From a virus (Duplodnaviria; Caudoviricetes), in IMG/VR virus record IMGVR_UViG_2974778606_000001, positions 68,886-132,885 of that record: DNA of 64,000 bases; one strand, written 5' to 3'. The notes under the pieces were generated by a model. The model did no database searches and was not told the DNA's origin. It saw only the letters and a program-made list of their open reading frames with translations. This document shows, in pieces, positions 49,714 to 60,797 of the stretch (its first letter is position 1; each line of letters opens with the position of its first letter). The translations under genes were made by a program, and so were the position numbers.

Positions 49714-50119
49714 AAATAGGCGGCCTTTGCCGTAGATTGACTTTGATTGTACAAAGGCGTACCATATGCATATGGAAACGGTGCTGATGTACATCATAGG
49801 CTTGCTGCTAGGTCTGACAGGCATTGGCTTGGCAGAGCTGTCTTATGTTTTCATCAAGCGCTATGACATTCCTGGCTTTTATTGGCCAGACATAGAAGAG
49901 GATGAGGATAGTGACGTGTGAACAATGTGGTTCCACGTGTGACGACAGCATTTGCTTCGATACTCTGATGAAGAGAGTATTCTTCTGCTGCCTGCCACAT
50001 CGTGTGGCTTGGTTCTTTGGATGGTTGTGAAATGTTTTTTATGATTGGAGGGCTCCTATGGGTCCTCCTCATTCTTTTAATCTGTCGATGGTTCTACGTG
50101 ATTAGTGAAAGGCGAGAAC

Positions 50120-50599
50120 ATGACACCAGTACAACCAATCGTAAAGTTTGATGGAGAGTACCGATGGCTATCAAACTTCTATGAGAGGCCGGTACGAGTA
50201 GGCAACCTGACGTTTGCGAATAACGAAGCTGCGTTCCAGGGTGCCAAGTACAAAGCTGCAAAGTGTGACCAGACAGAGCAGTACCGATACCTTGAGAAGA
50301 TGGTTCAGGCTGACGCACAGACAGCAAAGAACATGGGCAGGCGCATCCCTCTAGACCTTGACAAGTGGGAGTCCATCAAGGTAACGTGTATGAGAGAGGT
50401 AGTCAAGGCGAAGTTCGACCAGCACGCTGACCTACAGATGAAGCTTATTGAAACTGGTGCTGCTCTGCTAGTTGAGGGCAATCATTGGGGAGATAAGTTC
50501 TGGGGCCGGTGCGAAGGCAAGGGCTTGAATGTTCTTGGCTCTATCTTGATGGAACTAAGAGGCTACTACTTCTGGAAGGAATACCAGAGTATATGGTAA
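50120..50599 (+). CDS. NADAR (YbiA-like) protein
   Basis: LSNFY, E..FQ..K, AKF.QH, TG...LVEGN.WGD.FWG, G.N.LG.ILMELR. Confidence 0.9.
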   Translation: MTPVQPIVKFDGEYRWLSNFYERPVRVGNLTFANNEAAFQGAKYKAAKCDQTEQYRYLEKMVQADAQTAKNMGRRIPLDLDKWESIKVTCMREVVKAKFDQHADLQMKLIETGAALLVEGNHWGDKFWGRCEGKGLNVLGSILMELRGYYFWKEYQSIW

Positions 50600-50765
50600 A
50601 AAGAATTAAAGTTACATTTGTTGGTGATGTAACAAAGACTTTTCATTTCTCATCGAAGCCAGATAGGACAAGGACAGATGATGGACTAATCGTCCTACTC
50701 ACTAAAAGCGGAAAGAGAATTGAAATTAATCGTTCGCTAGTTCTCTTTGTAGAGGAGCTTGATTA

Positions 50766-51263
50766 ATGTCTGTACTCAATGACATCAGGCGTATGCGTGA
50801 CCTGCCTGATGCTGAGGTCTCATCCAAGTTCAAAGGACTTGTTGATGGCTATGTAAGGGACTTGACTAAGAACAAGTCAAAGGGCAATCCTGGCTCAGGC
50901 TCCATCCCTTCTGTGCGTGTTGGTAAGATTCGCAGAAAGAAGGGGCAGCTCGTTCCCTCAGAGATTCTTTTCGCAATGCGAGAGAGCCTGTGGAAGATGG
51001 GATGGACACAAGGCGTTTTGCAGAATGCGGAAGGTCACATGTGTTTGCGTGGTGCTATGGTGTATATTAGCCAAAAAGGTTATGCTCACAACGATGACCT
51101 ACAAATTGCTGCACAGTACCTACATGATGAGGTGCGTCGCAAGAATGGTGATGGTCAGAAGTACAATTTCATCTATTGGAACAATGACCCTAAGCGTACT
51201 CTTGCTGATATCCTCAAGATTCTAGAGGATTGTGGTAATCGTGCCCGACTCGCAGGAGAATGA
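50766..51263 (+). CDS. Hypothetical protein (DUF6197-like)
   Basis: GWTQG, CL.GA, WN.DP.RT. Confidence 0.55.
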   Translation: MSVLNDIRRMRDLPDAEVSSKFKGLVDGYVRDLTKNKSKGNPGSGSIPSVRVGKIRRKKGQLVPSEILFAMRESLWKMGWTQGVLQNAEGHMCLRGAMVYISQKGYAHNDDLQIAAQYLHDEVRRKNGDGQKYNFIYWNNDPKRTLADILKILEDCGNRARLAGE

Positions 51264-53873
51264 GTGGGAAGACCTTGGATATACGACTGAGGTCAATATA
51301 GAGATACCAGAGATTGATTGGGATGCATTCAGAGAGGCAATGAATAACCTCTCTGATTCCATTCGTGCAATTCGACCCCAGATGGAAGAACAAGTACGTC
51401 GTCTACGGTTGGAATTCAATGGAGTTCATTCAATACACTCTGAGTATCAGATAAGAAGAATCAGAGAGAGTGAATCAATGGCAGTAGACATTAGGCATGG
51501 AGAGTATCCATCCTGGGATAGTTATGGAACGTACTGGTATGACCCTTCTGGATTTCATTCTGATGAACCTCACGTATGTTTCATCTGTAGCAGACCAACT
51601 GGTCGCATCGATATCGATTTTCATGGAGCGTTCTGCAATTCAGAAGAGTGCAACGAAGTAATCAGGCAAGACCTGGAGAGGGCCAATGGAGGGCCAGAGA
51701 ATGAAGAGGTATAGAATTCATCTGAGTCTCAAGTCAGGTAAGCTGGTCTATTCAGACCCTATCGACATAGGAAAGATGGACCACGAAGAGGTCGTAAGCA
51801 CCCTTGAGAAAATGGTAGAAATCGTTGGCGATGGTGGATGTCTCAGTCTCTCGGTCAATGGCCAGACGAAGACGTACCTGAATCACTCCATAGAATCTAT
51901 CTGGTGGACTGACGGCAGTTGACAATTTCGTAATGTGTGCCTTAGCATGAAAACATTATGAGATATACAATTGTCAAAGAGCCTCTTAAACGAGGCCGGA
52001 CTGTAGAGGGCTACAACTGGGCCGTTACTGATACCAAAGTAAACAAGGTTGTAGTCCGATATGGTAATGAATTCAGAGCTGAGTTCATCAAGGACTCTTT
52101 CAATGAGGCAGGCGTAAGCAGCAGATTCGAATTTGAAGTAGCTGGCAATGAGACCTTTGAAGACCTCGATGAGTCAGCATTCAAAGGGGAATGAATGCTA
52201 GAGAAGTGGGCATGGTGGGTTCTGGCCCGGCGCATGGAGAAGCATCGTAAGGCCAAGAGACACCACCAAGCAGACCATATAAGAGCAGCGCTAGCCACAA
52301 GAGAGCAGAAACAGTGTTACTTGTGCTGCATCCTGGAAAACACAGATTGGCTAGCATGGGCAACAAGGTTCGACCCAACGTCCAACATGGACAAGGACAG
52401 TGAGCTATATGCAAGTGTTATTGAAGATGAATCCCGGTTTGGAGATGTGGTTCGGAGAAGTGGTCTGGACTGACGAATACTGGGATGACGATGAGGACTG
52501 GCCAGAAGATGGCTGCTTGGGAGTAGGCTATGCCTACTCCCCCTTTTCGTTTTTGCATAGCCTGATTTGGTTTCATGATTTTTTAGTCATGGAATTTTTA
52601 GTCAGATTTTTAGTCGGCAGAGCCGACTGCCAGCGCAGCGAAAACGCCCGGTAGCGAAGCGGCCTCATACCCCTATATACATTACCTCTTATCAACCCCT
52701 ATAGAAGGACACACCTACTATATACACAAAGGCGTTGAGGCATAGAGCATAGTGCACATCGTCTTGAATCGATGAATGTATGGGCTTGCTTGTAGGCTAT
52801 TGCTTGTCAACCAAAGTTGCAACTTATCCACAGATAAATCCATAGCCTGTGGATAGTAGGCTTTGCCTACAATAACTTTTGTGAATGCACACAATTCAGT
52901 TGTGCACAATATAATAGTGAGCTATGGGTGTGTAATTATGGGGGTATGTTCCGCGCCGGAACATAATGCTTCCCCCTCCCTATATAACCTAGCAGACACA
53001 TCTGACCCCGAATCCAAGCAAAATAAGCCTTCCAAGCATCGAAATCAGCCCTGAAAAATGGCTCAAAAATGGGAAAAATCACGATATTTTGCCCCGAAAT
53101 CGGACATTTCGCCCCTAAAATGGCCCAAAATCCCGCAATTTTGACAAGCATTCGTAAAGAGACCTGGACTCAAGGAAAATCAGCCCGCAATCCATCAAAT
53201 CTAACCATCATATCCCTGGAAATATAGGCATTCATCGTAAATGGGCCACCAATCCGAAGTCCAATCAGTCTGACAGACCTTAGACTCATCAGAATACCTC
53301 TGCGATTCATAGAAACAGACTTGAGATTCATTGTCAGAGTGTCGATTCTCCCTATATACACAAGCAATAGATGATATTGAAAAGCCCGGCAGTTTCAAGA
53401 GGTCTTCGTAAATGAACTAGATAGATACACACCTATTATAGGTCTATGTATATAGGGGAGAGGGACACCCATAGCTACCGGGCCTTGTTAAGAATCATGA
53501 ATCCAACATCGTTTATTGAGCATGTATATAGCAGCAGACAACACTAAAGCCACCCCGAAGGGTGGCTGTTTTTGCACTCAAAAATCTCTGTAAAAATCTC
53601 AAAACTCCTGGGAATTTGACCCCTGACTTAAAGGGCGAAATCCCTGGAAAATTTGAGGCCCATCGTAAATGGGGAAAAGTCGGACAACTCGGACAAATCG
53701 CTGTTGATATTGGCAGACATCGGGAAGTTAGTTAGAGTAGGTAACGAACCGGGGCGGTCTGAAATTGAAAGGTCCCCAGGGAGCGGCCGACCTTCCGCTA
53801 ATTAAGCCCTCGCCAGATTGACTGATAGGGCCCCTGGGGACACACTTTGAACTACTCTTCTATGTTAGCAAGG

Positions 53874-54125
53874 TCACTCTGCCTTGTCAAGGTTACGGAG
53901 AGTTTCTCCGAACAGACGCTCTACCTCCCAGTCTTCCAAGAGATAGGCAGTGTAGGTGGGAGAGGGTACAGGGATACTGACAGACCTTCCCCACTTCTTT
54001 GCCGGTTCGTTCCACACCTTACCAACGAAAGAGTTGGGAGTGATACCCACCACCTTGAAGTAGAAGCTACCAGAGGCAACAAGGTTACCCATGGACAGTT
54101 CGATGCTTTCCTTTACCGGCTTCAT
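53874..54125 (-). CDS. Hypothetical protein
   Basis: 83-aa ORF just after a TAGACT -10 box (leaderless). Confidence 0.6.
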   Translation of the reverse strand: MKPVKESIELSMGNLVASGSFYFKVVGITPNSFVGKVWNEPAKKWGRSVSIPVPSPTYTAYLLEDWEVERLFGETLRNLDKAE

Positions 54126-54222
54126 GAGTAGAGTCTATCAGTTCAAGGGTGGCCTGTCTACCCACCGGGCCGGGGCGGCCAAAATCCCCTAGGCCCGTAG
54201 GCCCAGGGGACTGGCTTGCTGC

Positions 54223-55245
54223 TTACGCAGCCTTGGCGAACTCCTGAACGGCCTTCAGGATTCGGTTCTTTTCGGTGTTGACCACCGGGTCGAAACCGGA
54301 AGCCGCAATGAACAGGTTGTCCACGTTGCCACCACGGGGCATCCGGTACCAGTCGATACGCTCGGTCAGAGCGTTCAGAGCACCGGCCGCAGTCCCCTGA
54401 AGAGACTGAGTGGTCTTCGGACCGTCGCCCGTGTCGGTGTAGATACCCATGGTCAGGTCACGCTTGGTCTCCCACTTGACCATGCTGCCCTTGACATCCT
54501 TCTCAGGCTTGGGGTACAGCGTGGCGAACAGCGTGTCGAACTGGTCCTTAGAGACCGGCACGTCAGCCAGACCCTGCATGACCCGCTCGAACTCATCCGC
54601 GTAGGCGAACGTGATGTTCAGAGCCTCACGAGCCGCAGCCATGCGACCCTCGATGGTCTGCGTGTGGCGCATCTTGAACTGCTGCTTCACACCGTTACGG
54701 AGTGCGAAGTTGAGCGTGTTCTGACACACGACACGAACCGGAGTGATGGACGCCTGAACGGCCACGGAGCCGTCGTGAGAGGTGTTGACCAGAAGATACA
54801 GCTTGGTCACGTCGTCGTCACCGATGACGATGTCACGAGAGATGGACAGAGAACCGAACACCACGCGACCGTCACGGATGCTGCCAGCCGTCTCCCACGT
54901 GCCACCGCCCGCGAGGATGCCGTCACCGAAGCTGAACAGCTCCTCGTTCTGAACGACCTTGTACCGCTCGCCCACGGTGGCCAGAACATCGTTCTGACCG
55001 GTGTTGAACGGGTTGTCACGGACGACCATGTAAGGCTCCGTGACGAAGTTGTACGAGTCGGAGAGCATGCCCACGATGTCCTTCACGGACTCCAGGCGGA
55101 CGTTCCAGCCCTTCAGGTGGGCCAGCGTCAGCATCTCGTCGGTGGTCAGCTCACCCTCGAACACGGTTCCGAGGTTGTGCCACGCGGGCTCCTGGCGAGA
55201 AGCGAACGCGACCTGACCCTTGGAACCAATCTCAAGACCGTGCAT
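54223..55245 (-). CDS. DUF932 / TIGR03299-like phage-plasmid protein
   Basis: AWH.LG, V..RY..VQN.E.F, ETAGS...G, NTSHDGS, TPVRVVCQNTL. Confidence 0.88.
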   Translation of the reverse strand: MHGLEIGSKGQVAFASRQEPAWHNLGTVFEGELTTDEMLTLAHLKGWNVRLESVKDIVGMLSDSYNFVTEPYMVVRDNPFNTGQNDVLATVGERYKVVQNEELFSFGDGILAGGGTWETAGSIRDGRVVFGSLSISRDIVIGDDDVTKLYLLVNTSHDGSVAVQASITPVRVVCQNTLNFALRNGVKQQFKMRHTQTIEGRMAAAREALNITFAYADEFERVMQGLADVPVSKDQFDTLFATLYPKPEKDVKGSMVKWETKRDLTMGIYTDTGDGPKTTQSLQGTAAGALNALTERIDWYRMPRGGNVDNLFIAASGFDPVVNTEKNRILKAVQEFAKAA

Positions 55246-55436
55246 GTTGTGCCTCCAAAGGCAGAGTTGGTTGGGGCAGGTACTTCCCGCCCTTCGATGT
55301 CTCTAGTCTAGCAGTAGTCTGGGGCCGATGTCTACCCACCTGGTGTGTCTGCAATGTCCGTTTTGCCCTTTATGTCCGGGCCGGGGCGGCCCAAAACACG
55401 AAAGCCCCTCCGAAGAGGGGCCACGTGCTGAGTCTC

Positions 55437-55925
55437 TTAGAACGGAGGCTCATCCGAGTAATTGGCCGGGAAAACGGACGGGCAGGGACCGTGCGGCTGC
55501 TCCAGAATCTCACGCTCCCAGTCGGCCAGACCGGCAGTCAGGTTCGTGACGTACACGTCCACGATGTCCTTCGACTCCTTGAGACCCAGACCTGTGGCGT
55601 TGCGCACGTCCTTGATGACCTGAATCTTGCGCTTGGTTCCGTGCTTCTGAACCGCGTCCCGCACGACTTCCGCAGCACGACGGAGCTGGAAGTTGTAGAC
55701 GCGCTCCATCTTCTGGAACTCCCACTGCTCGGGCGTGGGGATGGAGGTCAGGGACTTGCCCACCTCGTGACCGGACGTGTAACCCTCGTCGTAGCCGTTG
55801 CTGTGGGCCTCTCGCACACCGGCCGTGTGCAGTTCCATGATGTTGCGAGCGATGTGCATCGCCTCGTGCAAGGTCAGACCACCCGCACGCTCGGAAAGAA
55901 TGTCGAGGATGTCACCGAGGTGCAT
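55437..55925 (-). CDS. Protein with ribosomal L7/L12 C-terminal-like domain
   Basis: KIQVIKDVRNATGLGLKESKDIVD. Confidence 0.8.
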   Translation of the reverse strand: MHLGDILDILSERAGGLTLHEAMHIARNIMELHTAGVREAHSNGYDEGYTSGHEVGKSLTSIPTPEQWEFQKMERVYNFQLRRAAEVVRDAVQKHGTKRKIQVIKDVRNATGLGLKESKDIVDVYVTNLTAGLADWEREILEQPHGPCPSVFPANYSDEPPF

Positions 55926-56051
55926 GTCAGCTCCGTTTCTCAGGGAGTCCGTCTCCCTTTCGATGTCTCTATCTTAGCAGTATCAGGGGGATGAGTACAA
56001 CCCCTCATGCCGGGCCGGGGCGGCCCGAAGGCCCCCGAAGGGGCCAACGGA

Positions 56052-56498
56052 TTACCAGCGAACTCCCACACCGTTTCCGCTCAGGGACTCGATGATGGAC
56101 TTTGCGGCACGCAGGTCCATCGTGGGGTAGGTCTCACGCAGCTTCTTGATGCATCGAATCTTCCGCTCCAGGTCACGGTAGCTGAACTCGCCCTCGGCCC
56201 AGATGGAAGCCACGGCCACGAGCTTGGTGTGGTCGATTTCGGCGGTGAAGGTGTTCAGACGCTCACCGTGAGCCTTGCCCTGCTGGTATCCGTCCTCGAA
56301 AGCGGCCTCCACACGACGGTCCGCCTCCTTACGGGCCACGTCCCAGATGTTGTTCTCCACCTCGTTGAGGCGGTTCAGGTGGGCCTCGAAGATGATGCGA
56401 GCCACATCGAACGCCTTCTTGAGGCTCATCTTCACACCGTTCCCGTTGAAGATACGCAGGATACGGGCCTCGTCGAACTCAAACATGGTCGCCTCCAC
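56052..56498 (-). CDS. Paralog with divergent L7/L12 C-terminal-like domain
   Basis: KIRCIKKLRE....MDLRAAKSIIE; N-terminus similar to the neighbour. Confidence 0.65.
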   Translation of the reverse strand: MEATMFEFDEARILRIFNGNGVKMSLKKAFDVARIIFEAHLNRLNEVENNIWDVARKEADRRVEAAFEDGYQQGKAHGERLNTFTAEIDHTKLVAVASIWAEGEFSYRDLERKIRCIKKLRETYPTMDLRAAKSIIESLSGNGVGVRW

Positions 56499-57116
56499 TC
56501 TCTGGGGTATCTCCCCTTCGATGTACTAAGCTTAACAGGTCTAGCGGGCAGATACAAGCCCTTCAAAACAGGCCGGGGCGGCCCAACGGGCCCCGTGTCA
56601 AGGGGCCCGGCAGGTCAAGGGTTCGTGTGTCCCCTTTTCAGTAGGATTTGTTCGATGACGAATTTCGAATCCATCACTCGATTGTATTCGTCGTCTGAGC
56701 GGCTTTCCTTTCTGCCTGCCCATGCATTCAACAGGGAAATGATGAATTGGAACATCACCACCTGCACAGGCTCAGGATAGGTCGAAAGCAGATAGGCGAA
56801 TGCATGAGGGTCGAATGACCGCTTATCCATTTCGTCAATCAGCTTATTGGCCAGACGCTCATACGAGGTAGGCCGTGGTGTTACGAGTCGCGCACCCTCA
56901 TACATGTCAGGTGCGATGATGCTTACTCGTTTGAACGGACTACGCGTCACCCTCTCCCCCAAAATCCTTCGTTGTGCCGTATCCGTCTGAGACGCTGACA
57001 GACACCTCCAGGAACTTTGCCATGAACTCTGCCGTAGCAGTAGCAAAGGGCCAGGAGGTGTCGTGCGCGTCATCGTCCGGAATGTCCAGTTCGATGACGA
57101 TGTTCATGACTCTATC

Positions 57117-57635
57117 CTATCGGGTGTGAATCTCGACGTCCATCCCCAGCACCACCGGGGAGCCACAGGAGCAGTGCGACAGGCTGTAACCGCACTTGCA
57201 CGCCTCGCGCTCACTCAGAACGATTCGCTTGTTGCCGTACCAAGCGAAGTACTCAGTGCGAGACGAACGGGTCGGAGCAGCGTGCGGACGAACGTCCTTA
57301 CCGGTGACCTTGACCTTGACACCGGGCGCAGCCGGGGTCACTTCCGGGTTGTCCGCCTTGTAAGCGGCCAGCACCTCAGCGGACAGACGGCCACGCGCGT
57401 TGACCTGGAGTCCCTTGGACTTTGCCCACGCACGGACAGCCTTGGCATCGAACTGACCGGCCTTGGGAGCGGCCTTGACAGCAGCACGCTTGACAGGCGC
57501 GTCAGCGTCAGCGAAGACCATGCCATCGGCCTCAGCCTTGGCAATGGCTTCATAGGCAGCCTTGGACATGCGACCACGCGCATCCTTAGCGAGGTTCAGC
57601 GAAACGGCGTACGCGCGACGGGTCATGGCAGACAT
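57117..57635 (-). CDS. lsr2: Lsr2-like DNA-binding protein
   Basis: VRAWAKSKGLQVNARGRLSAEVLAAY; second RGR at the N-terminus; C-terminal CxC..CxC. Confidence 0.8.
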   Translation of the reverse strand: MSAMTRRAYAVSLNLAKDARGRMSKAAYEAIAKAEADGMVFADADAPVKRAAVKAAPKAGQFDAKAVRAWAKSKGLQVNARGRLSAEVLAAYKADNPEVTPAAPGVKVKVTGKDVRPHAAPTRSSRTEYFAWYGNKRIVLSEREACKCGYSLSHCSCGSPVVLGMDVEIHTR

Positions 57636-57665
57636 TTGGGGTTCCTCTCCCTCGGTGATGTCTCT

Positions 57666-57695
57666 AGTCTAAGGCATTGAAGGGGGTCGAGTCAA
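57666..57695 (-). promoter_or_regulatory. Cassette promoter (representative)
   Basis: Minus strand TTGACT-N18-TAGACT followed by an AGAGACATC leader; equivalents precede most genes at 54-62 kb. Confidence 0.75.
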
Positions 57696-57805
57696 CACGT
57701 CTAAATGTCCGTTTTGCCCGACTTGTCGGGCCGGGGCGGCCCCGAAGGCCCCTTCCTTAGAACTTAGGACACTGGACGTGATGACCGTTTTTCTGGTAGC
57801 AGGAA

Positions 57806-58555
57806 TCACACATTGTTGACCTTCTTTCTCCTAGGAACCTTAGAAGCGAATCGCACATCGGCCTTGCCAAAGATGCAAAGACCACACGTGAAGCATGCAC
57901 CACCCTTTTCGGTGATAAGGGGAATGCGCTTGGCATTCTCAGGGCAGATAGCGCCAGGCTTGCCAGTTTCAGCAAGCATGAATTCCTTGCCCTTGTCATG
58001 CGTTTCTGCCAAATAGGCCAGACGCACGCCCTTGTATGTGTTTTTGACGTACAGGGCAGCATCCTCATTCTCACTGTCTACACTCAGGTAAACAGCAAGG
58101 TTTGGGATTCCATTGATATACGACACGAACTCAAAGGAACGTGTGTAAATCCAGAATTGCACGTCAGGAAACATGTAAGCAATCTTGTTGATTGCCATTG
58201 CGTAGTCCGCAGAGAAGATGTCACCATCCGCGTGCCAGCGGAATACCTTGCTGATGTTGAACCTTGCGCATTCCTGAGAGAATTCCGCAATCATCTCTCG
58301 CAGCAGGTCCACCATTTCACTGAGAGATGCATCTTTCAGCAATTCCCAATTGTGCAGTGCGAGTTCACGGAATGCCGGATACATCTTTTCCAGCTTACCG
58401 GCATAGCAGACGCCCTCACACACGCCGGTCGCGCCAGGGCAGGAAAATGCCTTACCGCTGGGCAGAGAGAATGCATTTTTGAGAAGGGACTGAGTACCTG
58501 CCTTGTTGACACGCGCAGTCGTCTTACGGTCATGCGAGCGCTTGAGCTTAGACAT
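57806..58555 (-). CDS. Gp88-like (radical-SAM-related) phage protein
   Basis: FSLP....CPGA...C...CYA, FRWH..GD, FWIYTRS, C..CGLC. Confidence 0.75.
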   Translation of the reverse strand: MSKLKRSHDRKTTARVNKAGTQSLLKNAFSLPSGKAFSCPGATGVCEGVCYAGKLEKMYPAFRELALHNWELLKDASLSEMVDLLREMIAEFSQECARFNISKVFRWHADGDIFSADYAMAINKIAYMFPDVQFWIYTRSFEFVSYINGIPNLAVYLSVDSENEDAALYVKNTYKGVRLAYLAETHDKGKEFMLAETGKPGAICPENAKRIPLITEKGGACFTCGLCIFGKADVRFASKVPRRKKVNNV

Positions 58556-58661
58556 GGCGGTCCTTTCGTTGACGTAAGACGAGTCTAGCAGACATGGGGG
58601 ACGTAAACAAGCCTTTGAAATGTCCGATTTGTCTGACCGCCCCGGCCCGAAGGCCGCTCAG

Positions 58662-59006
58662 TCAGGCAGCGCTACGTTCCTCCGAACGGCTGTAGGGAAG
58701 TTCCGTGTTACGAACAATGGTGCTGAGAGAAACAGCGTTGATTGTCTTGTGTCCCAGCAGCCAAGCCATAACCACTCGATGCTGACCATTGTAGACAGTG
58801 CCATTCTGGAAATTGATAGGCATCTGAATACCATCACGCTCACAAGAGATGATGAAATCATCGCTCATCTCAAAGAACAGCCGAGTGAAAAGGTCCATCG
58901 TGCTCTCACCCTCCTCGCGGTCTGCGAAGTCGGCACGGGCAACGATTGCGTCTACACTCAGCGTCTTCATAGGGATGAGTCTAGCAGAGTACACAGTCAT
59001 GCGCAA
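58662..59006 (-). CDS. Small ParB/Srx-like protein
   Basis: GI..PI, VYNGQHRV..AWLLG. Confidence 0.6.
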   Translation of the reverse strand: MRMTVYSARLIPMKTLSVDAIVARADFADREEGESTMDLFTRLFFEMSDDFIISCERDGIQMPINFQNGTVYNGQHRVVMAWLLGHKTINAVSLSTIVRNTELPYSRSEERSAA

Positions 59007-59233
59007 GACCTCAATTATGTCCGTTTTGTCTGGCCGGGGCGGCCTAAATGACTAAGGGCCCCGAAGGGGCCCGGTGGTCAGACGAACAGAACAGGAAGGC
59101 AGAGGAACACGACCAGCACGACGAACAGGACCATCAGAAATTCTTCAAGGTCCATTACTCACACACCTCCCGGTACCAAGCGTAGTGCGTGTACAGATAG
59201 AAGTGAAGCCAAGTTGTGAAATACATGACGCTC

Positions 59234-59533
59234 CTAGAAGAGTTCCGGTCCCGATTCGCTGTCTTCCGTCCAGTCATCAGTATACTCGATGAACTCGACA
59301 TTGAGCAACCATGCAATCAAGACGCGGTGATGCCCGTTGAAGACAGTGTTGGATTCGGGAAGATAGATGATGGGGTCAAGGATGCCACGGGTACACGAGT
59401 CGATGAACTCAGGATTGCCGATGAACAGGTCATCGAACTTCTCTTCGAGCATCTGCATCGTGGTGTGGTCTTTGGCAACAGCATCATTGAAGATAGCCGA
59501 CTCAATCAGCTTCGCAACAGATACCTTTGCCAT
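59234..59533 (-). CDS. Small ParB/Srx-like protein
   Basis: GILDPI, VFNGHHRVLIAWLL. Confidence 0.6.
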   Translation of the reverse strand: MAKVSVAKLIESAIFNDAVAKDHTTMQMLEEKFDDLFIGNPEFIDSCTRGILDPIIYLPESNTVFNGHHRVLIAWLLNVEFIEYTDDWTEDSESGPELF

Positions 59534-59645
59534 GGCCCCTCCTTGGCTTGATAAGACTACTCTACACGACTACCGGGCCTGTTGTCTAGTGCTACAACAA
59601 AATGACCGGGGCGGCCCAAAGGGGCCCCGAAGGGCCCCGATTGAC

Positions 59646-59915
59646 TCAGTCGTCCAGTTCCTTGGACGAACGCAGCTCCGGACGCTTGAGCAGCGAGGGG
59701 TCAGCCATCTTGACCTTGCCCTTGGACCGACCGACCCGAACCATCGGGAAGTTCTTCAGAACGTCGTCCACGCGCCTGGCGTCGGCGTCGAAGATGTCGA
59801 ATCGCTGGTACGGAGCCTTGGTTGCGATGTCACCGAACTCCACATCGATGCCCTGCACGATGAGGGCGACCCGGAGGGAGAGGGACTGAGAGACGGGAAC
59901 GATACCGGCACGCAT
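59646..59915 (-). CDS. Hypothetical cassette protein
   Basis: AGGAG RBS; terminator hairpin after the stop. Confidence 0.65.
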   Translation of the reverse strand: MRAGIVPVSQSLSLRVALIVQGIDVEFGDIATKAPYQRFDIFDADARRVDDVLKNFPMVRVGRSKGKVKMADPSLLKRPELRSSKELDD

Positions 59916-60459
59916 GTGAACTCCTGAGAGTCGAAGTAAGCTGGGGTATTCAGTTATCAGAGACTTTGGCAGGAAGGGAAAAACCTCACGTTGCGAGGCC
60001 CTGTGGCCTGTCCCCTTGTGCTTAGCTAGAGTCTAGCAGGCTGACCTACTCGCAGTCAACCAGGTACTCGGGCTCGTCGTCCTCGGAGGTGGTCCACACG
60101 TCGGACAGCCAGCCCTTACGGTAGAGAACCGGACCCTCGGTAACCTCGTCCTCGTTACCGAACAGCATCGAGCGAAGGTCTTCCATAACACTCTCCTCTC
60201 TCGGGGAGGTTTCCCTCCCTTTCGATGTTCTAAGTCTACATGACGGATGCGACAGTGGCAAGCACCCATTTTGGGCCGGGGCGGCCCCGAAGGGCCTTTC
60301 GCTAGTCTCCCATGTCGTCCAAGTGGGCATCGGGCGCAGGCTCGAACTCAAGGAAGGTGTCTTCGAAAAGCACCATCCATGCGTAGCCCTCACGATTGTC
60401 CGGATTGCACTTGCCCGTGTGTATCTCACCCATGGGTGCACCGCAGTCCATGCACATTC

Positions 60460-60690
60460 TCAGACTCCGTTCCACGGCATGGCCACGAACATGTCCACGT
60501 TCTTCGTGTGAATGGCGATGCGGTTGCCGTTCTGGTCGGTGAGGTTGAACAGCAGCTCACCAGTGTCCACCGCGAGGTTCCATGCGGTGTTCATGCTGTC
60601 GGGAGTGGTGTCCTTGACCAGAATCTCGATGAACTTGTCACGCATGGCGTAGTAGACACGAACACGAACACCGAACATGATTGCCTCCAT
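60460..60690 (-). CDS. Hypothetical cassette protein
   Basis: Promoter and RBS upstream. Confidence 0.65.
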   Translation of the reverse strand: MEAIMFGVRVRVYYAMRDKFIEILVKDTTPDSMNTAWNLAVDTGELLFNLTDQNGNRIAIHTKNVDMFVAMPWNGV

Positions 60691-60797
60691 TCTCAGGGAG
60701 ATTTTCTCCCTTTCGATGACTCTAGTCTACATGACTGATGAGACTTGCACAAGTGGGCCGGGGCGGCCCAAAGGGCCCCCGAAGGGGCCCAGTGGGA

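Noticed and set aside
54664-57680. Long plus-strand ORFs (54664, 55425, 56007, 57063)
   Set aside because: Antisense shadows of GC-rich minus-strand genes that have clear promoters, RBSs and motifs
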